From an uncultured Actinomycetes bacterium (GTDB taxonomy: Bacteria > Actinomycetota > Thermoleophilia > UBA2241): a DNA stretch of 64,000 nucleotides. The notes below the pieces were generated by a model. It did not search any database, was not told where the DNA came from, and saw only the letters and a program-made list of their open reading frames with translations. Made by a program: the position numbers and the translations under genes. The stretch lies in NCBI GenBank assembly GCA_963725665.1, contig CAVRZA010000006.1, forward strand, positions 128,001 through 192,000, written 5' to 3'. Below, piece by piece: positions 1 through 10,145 of the stretch. Each line of letters begins with the position of its first letter. Position 1 is the first letter of the stretch.

Positions 1-822
1 CTCGAGGTCGACGTCCATGTCATCACCCCGAACACCGGGTTCTTCAAGTACAACCTCGACCCAGAGGTCACGCAGGCCATCGCTCGCGACGTCAACGACG
101 CTCTGAGGGAGAGAGTGGAGGAGTATCCGGACCGCTTCTGCGCTCTAGCCACCGTGCCGATGCAGGACGTCCCGCGGGCCATCGCCGAGATGGAGTACTG
201 GATGGCCGTGCCGGGCTTCAAGGGTGTGACCATCGGCGATCGCGTCAACGACCACGAGCTGGACGAGCCCCAGTTCCGCCCGTTCTGGAAAGCGGTGGAG
301 GAGCTGGGCGCCTTCGTGTTCTTCCACCAGAGCAGTGACACGGTCGTCGAGCACCGCACGCAGCGCTACGGCCTCCCCAACTCCGTCGGCAACCTGACTG
401 AACGGGCTCTGACCTTCGGCGCGCTCGTGTACGGCGGCGTCATGGACGAGTTTCCCGACCTCAAGATCTGCCTTGGCCACGCCGGCGGCTACGTGGCCTT
501 CGGCATCGCTCGAATGGACAAGGCCTGGAGGGCGGGGGCCCTCCCCGTCATGCCCGAGTTCGACGATGCCAGGTCCTATCTGCGACGCCCGCCCAGCGAG
601 TACCTGAGGAGCTTCTACTACGACTGCTGCACGCACTCAGAGGCGACGCTGCGCTTCCTGCTCGACACCGTGGGAGCCGACCGCGTCATGCTGGGCACGG
701 ACTGGCCGTGCCCGATGGACCTCGACGACGCCGTGCCCTGGATCAGGAGCCTCAAGAGCCTAACGGCGGACGAGAAGGAGGCTATCCTCTCGAAGACCGC
801 GACCGAGGTGCTGGGGCTCTAA
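1..822 (+). CDS. Amidohydrolase_2 family protein (ACMSD-like decarboxylase/hydrolase), 5'-truncated by window
   Basis: Frame open from base 1 (LEVDVHVITPN...). Motifs PDRFCALATVPMQD, FFHQ, GHAGG, YYDCC, LGTDWP. Close paralog of 3101-4084. Confidence 0.9.
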   Translation, partial: LEVDVHVITPNTGFFKYNLDPEVTQAIARDVNDALRERVEEYPDRFCALATVPMQDVPRAIAEMEYWMAVPGFKGVTIGDRVNDHELDEPQFRPFWKAVEELGAFVFFHQSSDTVVEHRTQRYGLPNSVGNLTERALTFGALVYGGVMDEFPDLKICLGHAGGYVAFGIARMDKAWRAGALPVMPEFDDARSYLRRPPSEYLRSFYYDCCTHSEATLRFLLDTVGADRVMLGTDWPCPMDLDDAVPWIRSLKSLTADEKEAILSKTATEVLGL

Positions 823-833
823 AGCCGATCGGG

Positions 834-1570
834 ATGGGCCGCCTCACAGACGTCGTAGCCCTGGTCACCGGAGGCAACACCGGCATCGGTGACGCCGTGA
901 GCCGCAGGCTGGCCTCGGAGGGCGCGCGCGTGGCTATCGGCTGGTTCGAAGACGAGAAGGGCGCCGTCGCCCTGGCGGAACGGCTTTCGGCTGAGGGATC
1001 CGAGCGCGTCGCTGTGTCGTGCGACGTGACCGGCAAGGAGTCGGTGAGCCGGGCGCTGGACCGCACCGAAACGGAGCTCGGGAGGATCGGCGCCCTTGTC
1101 AACAACGCGGGATCCTCAGCCGCGTCCCCTTCCTCGAGCTGGAGGAGGAGGAGTGGGACCGGGTCGTGCAAGTCTCGTTGTACGGGTCGTACCGGTTGTG
1201 CCGCCTCGCGCTTCCGCGGACAATCGCTCGCGGGGGTGGGACGATCGTCAACATCGCCTCGGAGCTGGCCTACCTCGGGGAGCCGCGCCTGGCTCACTAT
1301 GTCGCGGCCAAGGCCGGTGTCATCGGCCTGACGAGATCGCTCGCCAAGGAGTTCGGCCCGCATCACGTCCGGGGCAACGCGGTCGCGCCCGGTCCCACAG
1401 AGACCCGGATGATCGCCGGCATCACGCCTGAATTCGTGCGCAGCATCCCACTCCAGCGCCTCGGCACGCCGGAGGACATCGCCGCCGCCGTCGCCTTCCT
1501 TTGCAGCGACGACGCGGCCTGGGTCACCGGTCAGGTGCTAGGCGTGAACGGCGGCCTCGTGATGGTCTGA
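834..1570 (+). CDS. SDR family oxidoreductase (FabG-like), one frameshift near 1110
   Basis: TGGNTGIG and NNAG in one frame; YVAAK, NAVAPG and VTGQVLGVNGG in the other. One G is missing in GCGGGATC, so this is either a sequencing error or a recent pseudogene. Confidence 0.85.
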
Positions 1571-2867
1571 TGCAGCTCGGGCGGGCGATCGGCCGAGAGT
1601 GGATCGGCCGGTTCGTCCTTCACCCCAAGTCCGCCTGCACCTAAGTCGATAGGCCGAGAAGTCTGGCATGAAATGCGCGAGAGCCACGATGCCGGCCGTG
1701 CAGGCGAGCCCGCCGAACACGATCGAGAACTCGGTGCCGAAGGCCGCCGCCACCGCGCCCGCCTCGAAGTTGCCGAGGCGCGGTCCGGCCTGGACCACAG
1801 CCCCATGGATGGCGGACAGGCGGCCCCGCAGCCGGTCGGGTGCCTCGGTCTGCAGGAGTGTGTTGCGGAACACCGCCGAGATCACGTCGGCCCAGCCGGC
1901 CACGGCCAGCATGAGCAGTGCGACCCAAAGCCAGGGAGAGAGCCCGAACGCCGCGATCGACAGTCCCCATACAGCGATCGCCAGGACGACGGCGCGACCC
2001 AGGCGAGAGACGCGGGTGGTCCAGCCCGAGAGCAGCGTGCCGACCAGGGCGCCGGCCCCGGGCGCGGCGTAGAGGTAGCCGAGAACCTGTGGGCCTCCGT
2101 GAGAATGTGACAGCGCAATGGCCGGAAAGAGCGCCGTGGGCATGCCCAGGATCATGGCGTTGAGGTCGGCCAGCAGGCAGCCCTGGATCGCATGGCGGCC
2201 GCGCAGATATCGAAGCCCCTCCAGGATCGAGCGCAGTCCGAACCTGGTCCCCCGCCCCTCCGGCAGCTGGCGCGGCAGCGCAAACGCCGCGGCGATGGCG
2301 GCAGCGAAGCTCGCGACGTCGAACCAATAGACGGTCGTCACACTGAAGCTGGCGAGCAGCAACCCGCCGAGCGCCGGGCCAAGAACGAGCCGCGATCTGC
2401 CCCTCGAGTTGGCGCAGCACGTTGGCGGCGATGAATGAGTCATGGGGAACGAGGTTCATCATGATCGCCACGCGGCCAGGCATATCGGCGCCGGCGAAGC
2501 CGGCGCCGACAGCGGCGAGCACATAGATCGCCCAGAGGCTCGGCTTCCCGCCGAGGCTGTTCAGCGCCAGGCCTACGCTGCACAGCGCCATGGCGACCTG
2601 GGTCACTACCAACATCCTGCGGCGGTCGACTGCGTCGGCCACTGAGCCACCGAGTAGCGAGCCGACGAGCGCAGGGGCGAGCTGGGCGAGACTTACGAGG
2701 CCGACTGCGAGCGACGAGCCGGTGAGAAGGTACACCTGGTAGAAGATGGCGACGACGGTGAGCTGCGAGCCCACTTGCGACACGGCGGTGCCGAGCCAAA
2801 GCCGCCGGAAGGCCGGGAATCGCCGAAGTGGCGCGAGGTCTACGATCGGGAGAAGTCTCAATTCCAC
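1538..2867 (-). CDS. MFS transporter (EntS/MFS_3-like exporter), frameshift near 2390
   Basis: N-half in ORF 1641-2867 (GGSVADAVDRRRMLVVTQ), C-half in ORF 1538-2443 (APDRLRGRL). Colinear with intact paralog 33275-34543. 3' end uncertain. Confidence 0.85.
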
Positions 2868-3100
2868 GATATCGGCAACCGCTTGCCCGTGACGAGCCTT
2901 AAGAGCGACGCTCTGCAGCAGGGGTCTTCAGCACGAAGGGCGGTTCCAGGAGGCGGAAACATCCACCGACTGTCTCGTGATCAGTCACCGCGATACCGAC
3001 CCGTGTGCGACGTCGTCCTCACGCTTCTCATGAAGGACAGGGGACCCGACCCGCGGCTCACCGTGCAACGGCAGCTGTGAGCCGGGACAGGCGGCCCAGG

Positions 3101-4084
3101 TTACAGCCCCAGTGCTTGAGTGGCGTTGCTCGAAAGGATGGCCTCCTTCTCGACCAGAGTGAGGCTCTTGAGACCATTGACCCACCGGACCGCGTCGTCG
3201 AGGATCATCGGCGCCGGGTAGTCCGTGCCCAGCACGACTCGGTTGACTCCCACCATGTCGATGAGGAAGCGCAGCGACGGCTCCGAATGGGTGCAGCAGT
3301 CGTAATAGAAGCGCCCCAGGTAGTCGCTCGGCGGGCGCTGCAGGCAGGACGTCGCATCCCCGAGCTCGGACGTGCGCTCGAGTGCCGCCCCCGCATGCCA
3401 GCCCTTGTCCATGCGAGCGATGCCGAACGCCACGTAGCCGCCGGCGTGGCCGAGACAGAGCTTGAGGTCTGGATACTCGTCCATGACGCCACCGAACACC
3501 AGCGAGCCGAAGGTGAGGGCCCGATCGGTCAGGTTGCCCACCGTGTTCGCGAGGCCGTACCGCCGCGTGCGGTGTGCGACCACGGTGACGGTGCTCTGGT
3601 GGAAGAACACGAAGGCGTCCAGCTCCTCCGCCGCCTTCCAGAAAGGACGGAACCGCGGCTCGTCCCACATGTGTCCGTTGACGTGGTCGCCGACGGTCAC
3701 GCCCTTGAAGCCCATCGTCCTCATCGCGTACTCCATCTCAGAGATGGCTCGCGGGACGTCCTGCATCGGCAGCGTGGCGAGTGCACAGAAGCGGTCCGGA
3801 TACTCCTCCGTGTACTCTCTGAGCTCTTCGTTGCACTCACGAGCGATGATTGCGGTCAGCTCGGGGTCGAGCTCGTACCTGAAGAAATCCTCATTCGGCG
3901 TGAGCACGTGGACATCCACCTCGAGTGCGTCCATGTCGGCCACGAGGTCTGCCGGGGAGGCGTGGAACTTGGGGACGTGAAGCTCGCCCAGCTCGGGCCC
4001 GAGCGTGTGCCACTCGCCCTCGCGCTCGATCGCTCTCACGAAGCGCCGCGGGGTCACATGCGTGTGGACGTCGACGATCGGCAT
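3101..4084 (-). CDS. Amidohydrolase_2 family protein (ACMSD-like)
   Basis: RBS GAGAGGAG before ATG. MPIVDVHTH (HxH), FFHQ, GHAGG, GTDYP. Confidence 0.9.
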   Translation of the reverse strand: MPIVDVHTHVTPRRFVRAIEREGEWHTLGPELGELHVPKFHASPADLVADMDALEVDVHVLTPNEDFFRYELDPELTAIIARECNEELREYTEEYPDRFCALATLPMQDVPRAISEMEYAMRTMGFKGVTVGDHVNGHMWDEPRFRPFWKAAEELDAFVFFHQSTVTVVAHRTRRYGLANTVGNLTDRALTFGSLVFGGVMDEYPDLKLCLGHAGGYVAFGIARMDKGWHAGAALERTSELGDATSCLQRPPSDYLGRFYYDCCTHSEPSLRFLIDMVGVNRVVLGTDYPAPMILDDAVRWVNGLKSLTLVEKEAILSSNATQALGL

Positions 4085-4149
4085 CCCCTCTCCTCTCAAT
4101 GGCTCCCTGGGCTCGCTCCCGAAGGAAACGCCCGCCCCTGACTCTGGCG

Positions 4150-4845
4150 TCAGCCCGATGCCATCCGGTGCGTGATGCGCGCCGTCCACTCGTACAGCGT
4201 GGCCGCCTGCGCCAGCGCCAGCGCCTCCTTGTAGGCGGGGTGTTCCTGGCACGCTTCAACGTCGGCGAGCGCGCCGAAGTGGCCGTCGACGATGAGGTCG
4301 TAGGCTGTGGGGTTCGTGCTGATGTTGTCGCCCGTCACGAGTGAGCGCAGCGACGGTACGACGCCGTTCAGCGAACGGAAGGCCGCGCGTACGTCGTCCT
4401 TCTGCCGATTGGTGGCCTCGTCGCGCCACAGGAACAGCGATGAGTGACGGACCAGTCCCTTCTCGAGGCGAGGCGGTCCGTCGTACCACCAGTCGCAGCG
4501 AGCGGTCTGCTCCTCGCGGTCGACCGACTCGTTGTACACACCCACCTCATAATGCGCAGGATGCTGGTTGTACGCTTCCAGCCCCGCCTCGTCGTCGAAG
4601 TCCTCGTGCAGGGCCATGTCGTGATTGAACAACGGACCCGACCGCTGCGAGCGCCAGATGGGCCTGCGCTTCCACGGCTTGGTCTCGATGAGGGGACTGC
4701 TGCCACCGAGCAGGTCGGTGCCGAAATCGAGGCACCGTATGGTGGGACAGGCGTAGGCGAGGTAAGCCAGCCCCTTCAGCGCGATGAGCTTCTGCTCGTC
4801 GGTGGCGTGCTCGCCCCAGAGAAACAGCACGGTGTGTCTCAGCAC
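4150..4845 (-). CDS. Double Dabb (stress-responsive A/B barrel) domain protein, paralog 2
   Basis: GAAGGAG RBS then GTG. Two internal repeats of RH..LF.W...DF/F...YxxHPAH/Y, typical of Dabb. Confidence 0.75.
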   Translation of the reverse strand: MLRHTVLFLWGEHATDEQKLIALKGLAYLAYACPTIRCLDFGTDLLGGSSPLIETKPWKRRPIWRSQRSGPLFNHDMALHEDFDDEAGLEAYNQHPAHYEVGVYNESVDREEQTARCDWWYDGPPRLEKGLVRHSSLFLWRDEATNRQKDDVRAAFRSLNGVVPSLRSLVTGDNISTNPTAYDLIVDGHFGALADVEACQEHPAYKEALALAQAATLYEWTARITHRMASG

Positions 4846-4872
4846 GACTGCTCCTTCAGCACGACTGCTCCT
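4840..4872. repeat. Tandem duplication (17-bp period) of CAGCACGACTGCTCCT spanning the RBS/start
   Basis: Identical 16-mers at 4840-4855 and 4857-4872. Confidence 0.85.
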
Positions 4873-4900
4873 CGTCGCTCGATACTTGGGTGCCCCTTGG

Positions 4901-4938
4901 CCGAGGCGGCGCCGGCGTTCACGCCGGCGCCGCCTCGG
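4901..4938. terminator. 17-bp perfect stem-loop between the two Dabb genes (terminator or mRNA stabiliser)
   Basis: CCGAGGCGGCGCCGGCG-TTCA-CGCCGGCGCCGCCTCGG. Confidence 0.65.
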
Positions 4939-5010
4939 TCGCGCACTTCCGTCTGGCCAGCGGGCCGCTGCCACTCAGCCGAGCGCGGCCGCTCGCAGGC
5001 GTGTCAACAC

Positions 5011-5709
5011 TCAGCCCGAAGCCATCTTGTGCGTGAGCCGGGCCGTCCACTCGTTCTTCGTTGCGGCCACCGCAAGCGCCAACGCCTCCTGGTAGGCGGG
5101 GTGCTCCGCGTAAGCCTTGACGTCGTCGAGGTCGTTGAAGATCGCGTCGACGATGAGATCGTAGTCCGTCACTAGGGTGCCGATGGTGCCGTCACCCGTC
5201 ACCAGGGACTTGACGGAAGGAACGGACTTGTTCAGCGAGCGAAACGCCTCGCGTACGTCGTCCTTCTGCGTATCGCTGGCCTCGTCCCGCCAGAGGTACA
5301 GCGCGACCTGGTGGATGAGTCCCTTCTCGATGCGCGGCGGGCCGTCGTACCACCAGTCGATCCGCGCCGTCCGTTCGGGGCGACACACCGACTCGTTGTA
5401 CATCCCTACCTCATGATGCACGGGGTCCTTGTTGTAGTCGTCCATGCCCTCCTGGTCGTCGAAGTCCAGGCAGAGGAGCATGTCCCAGTTGTACGGCAGA
5501 CCCGTCTCCCGCGCCTTCCACGGCGGCGTGCGCTTCCACGGCTTGAGCTCGATCATGGAGGTACTGCCCCCGAGCAGGTCGGTGCCGAAGTCCAGGGCTC
5601 GCACCGAGGGGCACCCATAGCTCATGTAGGCAAGCCCCTTCAGAGCCACCAGCTTCTGCTGCTCGCTGGTCGTGTCACGCCACAGGAAAAGCGCGGTGTG
5701 TCTCAGCAT
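5011..5709 (-). CDS. Double Dabb domain protein, paralog 1
   Basis: MLRHTALFLW...YNKDPVH...HQVALYLW...YAEHPAY. Start overlaps the ABC ATPase stop. Confidence 0.75.
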   Translation of the reverse strand: MLRHTALFLWRDTTSEQQKLVALKGLAYMSYGCPSVRALDFGTDLLGGSTSMIELKPWKRTPPWKARETGLPYNWDMLLCLDFDDQEGMDDYNKDPVHHEVGMYNESVCRPERTARIDWWYDGPPRIEKGLIHQVALYLWRDEASDTQKDDVREAFRSLNKSVPSVKSLVTGDGTIGTLVTDYDLIVDAIFNDLDDVKAYAEHPAYQEALALAVAATKNEWTARLTHKMASG

Positions 5710-6521
5710 CAGAGCCTACTCCTTCTTTTGATGACCGCTTCGGCCTCTTCGGCGATGCGTGGATCGAGCTCGCGGCGACGGGCCTCCATGTCCTCGAACA
5801 CCCCCAGGATCTCCGCCTGCATGGCCGCCACCGCAGGATCATGCTGAAGGCGCGGGTACGGGAGCGTGTTCTCGTAGTCGGCGAAGTTCTTGCCGCCGTA
5901 GGCGACGATGATGATGCGGCCCGAGAGCTGCACCGCCTCCATCACGTCATGCGTGACGTAAAGGATGGTCTTCTTGGTCTTCTCCCAGACCTCCTGGAGC
6001 TCCTCTCTCAGGGTACGGGCGGTGATGGCATCCAGGTGACTGAACGGTTCGTCCATGAGGAGCAGGTCGGGCTCTACCGACAGTGCCCGGGCGATGCCGA
6101 CGCGCTGCTGCATGCCGCCCGACAGGTGCGCCGGATACATGTCCTCGAAGCCCGTGAGCCCGACGACGTCCAGGTACTTGTGCACCCTGGCTATCGTCTC
6201 CTCGCTCTTGTCGTCCTGGACGTACATGATGTTGGCCAGCACGGTGCGCCACGGCAGAAGCCTGGCGTCCTGGAAGACGTAGCCCAGACGCGCCGGTTTG
6301 CCGTCGTCGGTCGTAACGGTGACGCTCCCCGACGTCGGCGTCTCGACGCCCGACACGATGTTCAGGAAGGTGCTCTTGCCGCAGCCGGACGGCCCCACCA
6401 TGGACACGAAGGTCTGGCCGCTCATCTCGAAGCTGAGGTGGTCGAGTGCGCGGACGGTCGGCTGGTTCTTCGTCGGAGGCGGGAACTCCTTCACGCAATC
6501 CTTTGCTATGAGTACTGCCAT
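5709..6521 (-). CDS. ABC transporter ATP-binding protein, NitT/TauT (SsuB/TauB-like)
   Basis: GPSGCGKST, LSGGMQQR, LLMDEPFSHLD, VTHD. Confidence 0.95.
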   Translation of the reverse strand: MAVLIAKDCVKEFPPPTKNQPTVRALDHLSFEMSGQTFVSMVGPSGCGKSTFLNIVSGVETPTSGSVTVTTDDGKPARLGYVFQDARLLPWRTVLANIMYVQDDKSEETIARVHKYLDVVGLTGFEDMYPAHLSGGMQQRVGIARALSVEPDLLLMDEPFSHLDAITARTLREELQEVWEKTKKTILYVTHDVMEAVQLSGRIIIVAYGGKNFADYENTLPYPRLQHDPAVAAMQAEILGVFEDMEARRRELDPRIAEEAEAVIKRRSRL

Positions 6522-6566
6522 TAGTCGCCACTCCTCGGATTCACAACAGCTTCACGCTCTTTGTCA

Positions 6567-7607
6567 TCAGGTTCGAGTCGAGTCCGCGACCACCGTGCTC
6601 CCTTCGGCACGTTGCCGGCCGGCCCTCGCACCGCCGCCGAAGCCGCCGACTGCCCCGCGCCACCGGTGCACACGACGGTCGATCGTGCTGATGATCACCC
6701 GGTCGATGAACACGATGATGACGATCATCACGACGGCCCAAGCCATGAGGCCGTCGAAGTTCGCGCTCAGGTACCAGTCTCGCGCCTGAAAGCCGATGCC
6801 TCCGTTAGACCCGAACCACTCGACGAGAATGACGCAGCCCCATCCGGCCAGGACGGCGAGACGCACGCCCGCCACCAGCTGCCCGGCCATGGATGGAAGC
6901 GTTAGATTGCGGACCTGTCGCTGGAACGGCACGCGGTAGACGCTGGTCATATCGCGCAACTCGCGTGGGATGGCGAAGGTGCCCTGCAACACGTGCACGA
7001 TCAGTCCGGGCGTGGCCGAGACGATCACGGTGAAGATCGGCGCCTTCATGCCGAAGCCGAAGACCATGATGGCGAGCATGGCCCAGATGTAGGCGGGCAG
7101 GGCCAAGCCGATCGTCACCTGATCGGTGAAGTAGGCCTGCACCCTCCACCAGCGGCCCATCGCCCAGCCGACGGGTATTCCGACGAGGACCACGATGGTG
7201 AGCCCTGCCAGAGCCCGCCACAGGCTGATCAGGATGTTCTGCACCAGGTCGTTGTTCCAGGCGCTCCAGGCACCGTGATAGGGCGCCTGGAACTCCTTGA
7301 TCAGCGTCTCCACGGTCCCGACCGGAGTGGGGAACTTCTCGCTGGCCCCTCCTGCGATCTGCCAGGCGATGAGGATCACCAGCCACGAGGTCCACCGCGC
7401 GCCGCGATCGCTGGTGATGGCGCGCCAGATCGCGTTGCCGGTCTCCGGAGCCGCGGCGGGCTGCAGTTCGTCGACGGCCATTGTGTCGGCCATGCTGGCC
7501 GGCATCTGGGCGTCGCCGCCTTCCCACTTCCAGTCCTCGAGATTCCTGGCCGTGTCGACGGGTTCGACGCCTTCTTCCACATCGACCCGTCTGTCCTCAT
7601 CCGTCAC
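6567..7607 (-). CDS. ABC transporter permease, NitT/TauT family
   Basis: Multiple TM segments; GIPVGWAMG; EAA-like loop ELRDMTSVY; E.FGSNGGIG. Confidence 0.9.
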   Translation of the reverse strand: MTDEDRRVDVEEGVEPVDTARNLEDWKWEGGDAQMPASMADTMAVDELQPAAAPETGNAIWRAITSDRGARWTSWLVILIAWQIAGGASEKFPTPVGTVETLIKEFQAPYHGAWSAWNNDLVQNILISLWRALAGLTIVVLVGIPVGWAMGRWWRVQAYFTDQVTIGLALPAYIWAMLAIMVFGFGMKAPIFTVIVSATPGLIVHVLQGTFAIPRELRDMTSVYRVPFQRQVRNLTLPSMAGQLVAGVRLAVLAGWGCVILVEWFGSNGGIGFQARDWYLSANFDGLMAWAVVMIVIIVFIDRVIISTIDRRVHRWRGAVGGFGGGARAGRQRAEGSTVVADSTRT

Positions 7608-7625
7608 GAAGTCCTCCTCGGATCC

Positions 7626-8519
7626 TCAGAAGCGCAGGACATCTTCGCCACGCTTCAGCCGATAGCGGAAGACCCACCGTTCGAGAGGCATGAGCACAAC
7701 GCGTTCGATCGCTACGACGAAGACGCCGAAGTACAGCATCCACGCGATCATGTCCGCTGTGGCGAAGCCCTTGAAGGCGGTCCCGATCTGCACGCCCACG
7801 CCCGTTATGCCCGCGAACGTCTCGGTGAGAGCCGCCAGCTTCCACGAAGAGGCGAACGAGTTGCGGACGGCCGCAAACAGGAAGGGGTAGAAGGTCGGGA
7901 ACACGATGTGCCGCAGTGCCTGCCGTGTCGAACGGTCGTAGGACTGGCTCATGAGGAGCAGTCCTCGGTCGACCCCCTCCACGCCGGCAGCGACGTTGAG
8001 CGTGATGGAAGGAAGCACCATGAACGCCACCACCACCGAGGGGCCGGTGTCGCCGAGGCCGAAGAGGATGAGGGCCAGGATCGCGTACACCACGAGCGGC
8101 ACGTTGGCGGTGATGTAGATCAGGTCGAAGAAGAAGGCCTTCCAGTAGCGGTACCGCCCCATCAGGATCCCGATCGGGACGCCCAGGAGGACCGCGCCGA
8201 CAAACCCGTATAGCGTCTTCCTCATGGTCGCCCAGAAGTTGATGAACACCCAGCCGCGATCGACGCCGCGTGTCGGGTCGCCCACGATGAAGCCCCACAT
8301 GCGTTGCGCCACTTCCCACGGAGGCGGGATCAGCTCGAACTGCGTGGGCTTGTAGCGACTCGCAAGCTGCCAGAGCAGCAGCAGCGTGAGCGCGCCGAGC
8401 AGGGAGTAGCCGCGGGCCTTCCACTTGTTCCTGGCAGCCTTCCTTGCCACATCCTCGACCAGCTCCGGCCTAGGCTGCGCCGGCGCGGGCTTCCGCGCTA
8501 CCTCAGCGGAGACAGACAA
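7626..8519 (-). CDS. ABC transporter permease, NitT/TauT family
   Basis: LIPPPWEV, GVPIGILMG, VDRGLLLMSQSY, ETFAGITGVG. Confidence 0.9.
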   Translation of the reverse strand: MSVSAEVARKPAPAQPRPELVEDVARKAARNKWKARGYSLLGALTLLLLWQLASRYKPTQFELIPPPWEVAQRMWGFIVGDPTRGVDRGWVFINFWATMRKTLYGFVGAVLLGVPIGILMGRYRYWKAFFFDLIYITANVPLVVYAILALILFGLGDTGPSVVVAFMVLPSITLNVAAGVEGVDRGLLLMSQSYDRSTRQALRHIVFPTFYPFLFAAVRNSFASSWKLAALTETFAGITGVGVQIGTAFKGFATADMIAWMLYFGVFVVAIERVVLMPLERWVFRYRLKRGEDVLRF

Positions 8520-8560
8520 GCGACACCTCTCTCAATGAGTAGAACGACCTCGTCTGCGGA

Positions 8561-9718
8561 TCAGGCGCCCTGAGGATCGCTGTACGTCTGCTTGCCGGTC
8601 TGGGGATCGATGGTCACATAGAAGGGATAAGGCTGGCTGGCTGGGACCTGTTTCTGATCGACCAGCAGCTTCGTCACGCCTTGCTCGCCCTTGATCCAGT
8701 CCGGGCTCATGTACACGGTGTCGACCCACTCGTTCCACCAGTTCTTCATGTAGTCGACTTCCCACTGGTACTCTGCAGTGTTCAGCCAGCCGAAGTCGTT
8801 GGGGTACTGCTTGACGATCTCGGGCATGTGGGCCCAGAACTCTTTGACGCCGCGCTCCCAGACACTGGCGAAGAAGGCGACCTCCCCCGGATGGGCATCG
8901 TAGTACTGCTTTGTGCACACGAAGTTGTTGCTGTCGAAGCCTTCGTGACCGGGCGCGAACTTCGCTTCGTAGATCTGCGAGATCCCCTTGCCGTCGTACA
9001 TGATCTTGACCTTGTTCTCGTGCAGGTACTTGACGGCGTTGACGTACGCGGTACAGCCGGCGTCGAGCTGTCCCTTGAGCACGAGCTCGGGCGAGACGGA
9101 GAAATCGGTGACCACGATCTGCAGGTCCTTCGACTGCGCCCCCAAGTCGCGTCCCTCGCTCTTGGCCAGCGCGATCCAGGCGTGGGCGGAGTTGGTCGCG
9201 GACTCGAAGCCCACCTTGGCGGGGCTGGGCAGGTCGGCGAACGAGTTGTAGCCCTTAGCCGGGTCGACGCAGAGCATGTCCTTGCCCTTGTTGTACTTGG
9301 CGAAGGTCACGGTCCGGACGCCAGTCTCCATCTCGAGGACCGGCACCTCGTAGCTGCCCATCGAGACGATGTCGGCGTGGCCGCCGGCGAAGAAGGCGAA
9401 CTCGTCCTCGGTCTCGTTGCGAGCGATGTGATAACCGGCGGCGGCCTCCATCTCCTTGATGATGCCCTTGTCCTCCAGCCAGTTCCACACCGGGTCGGCG
9501 GAGAACACGAACTTGATCGGTGTTGAGCTCCCCTTTGCCGGACTCGCGCTGCTGCTACTGCCGCTGCTGGTGGAGCCACCGCAGGCAGCAAGCAGCGGGC
9601 CCAGGGCGACGACTCCAGCTCCGGCTCCGGCGACCTTGAGGAGGTCGCGCCGCGACATGCGCCGCGCCATCAGTTCGCGCAGCAGAGCGGCGTCTTCGTG
9701 AGGCGTGTGCTCCTTCAT
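8561..9718 (-). CDS. ABC substrate-binding lipoprotein (Tat signal; NMT1/SsuA-like fold)
   Basis: SRRDLLK Tat motif, lipobox LAAC, Ser-rich linker; first gene of the ABC operon. Confidence 0.85.
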   Translation of the reverse strand: MKEHTPHEDAALLRELMARRMSRRDLLKVAGAGAGVVALGPLLAACGGSTSSGSSSSASPAKGSSTPIKFVFSADPVWNWLEDKGIIKEMEAAAGYHIARNETEDEFAFFAGGHADIVSMGSYEVPVLEMETGVRTVTFAKYNKGKDMLCVDPAKGYNSFADLPSPAKVGFESATNSAHAWIALAKSEGRDLGAQSKDLQIVVTDFSVSPELVLKGQLDAGCTAYVNAVKYLHENKVKIMYDGKGISQIYEAKFAPGHEGFDSNNFVCTKQYYDAHPGEVAFFASVWERGVKEFWAHMPEIVKQYPNDFGWLNTAEYQWEVDYMKNWWNEWVDTVYMSPDWIKGEQGVTKLLVDQKQVPASQPYPFYVTIDPQTGKQTYSDPQGA

Positions 9719-10145
9719 ACCACTTCCCCCTTGTCACTGTGGCGCCGGCCCACGCGAGCCGGCCATCTGTGGCTTCGACTGGATCTTCGCCCCGATTTCA
9801 TCGACAAGGGTCAAGGATCCGGGTCTGCGAAGCAGCCGTCCACCCCATGCTACTTCGTTTCTCAGAGAACCGTACTCTGCACTGCCCCGTTGGTATGGTA
9901 CATCATGTGGTATATATGATACTTTCCGCCGAAGAAACGCAAGACCGAGACGCTCAGGCAGCCAAAGAAAGGGGCGAATCCCGGCCGCTGTGAGGGCGAT
10001 CCCTCGCTCCAATGTCTGCTAGACAAACCAGTGGAAGGAGCCGCAGCATGTTTCCGAGTGAGCGCCAGCTGTATGAGATCACCCCTACAGGGAAAGGGCC
10101 CGTCCCATTCACCCAGCACCCGTTTGATCGGGAGGCCCTCTCCTA

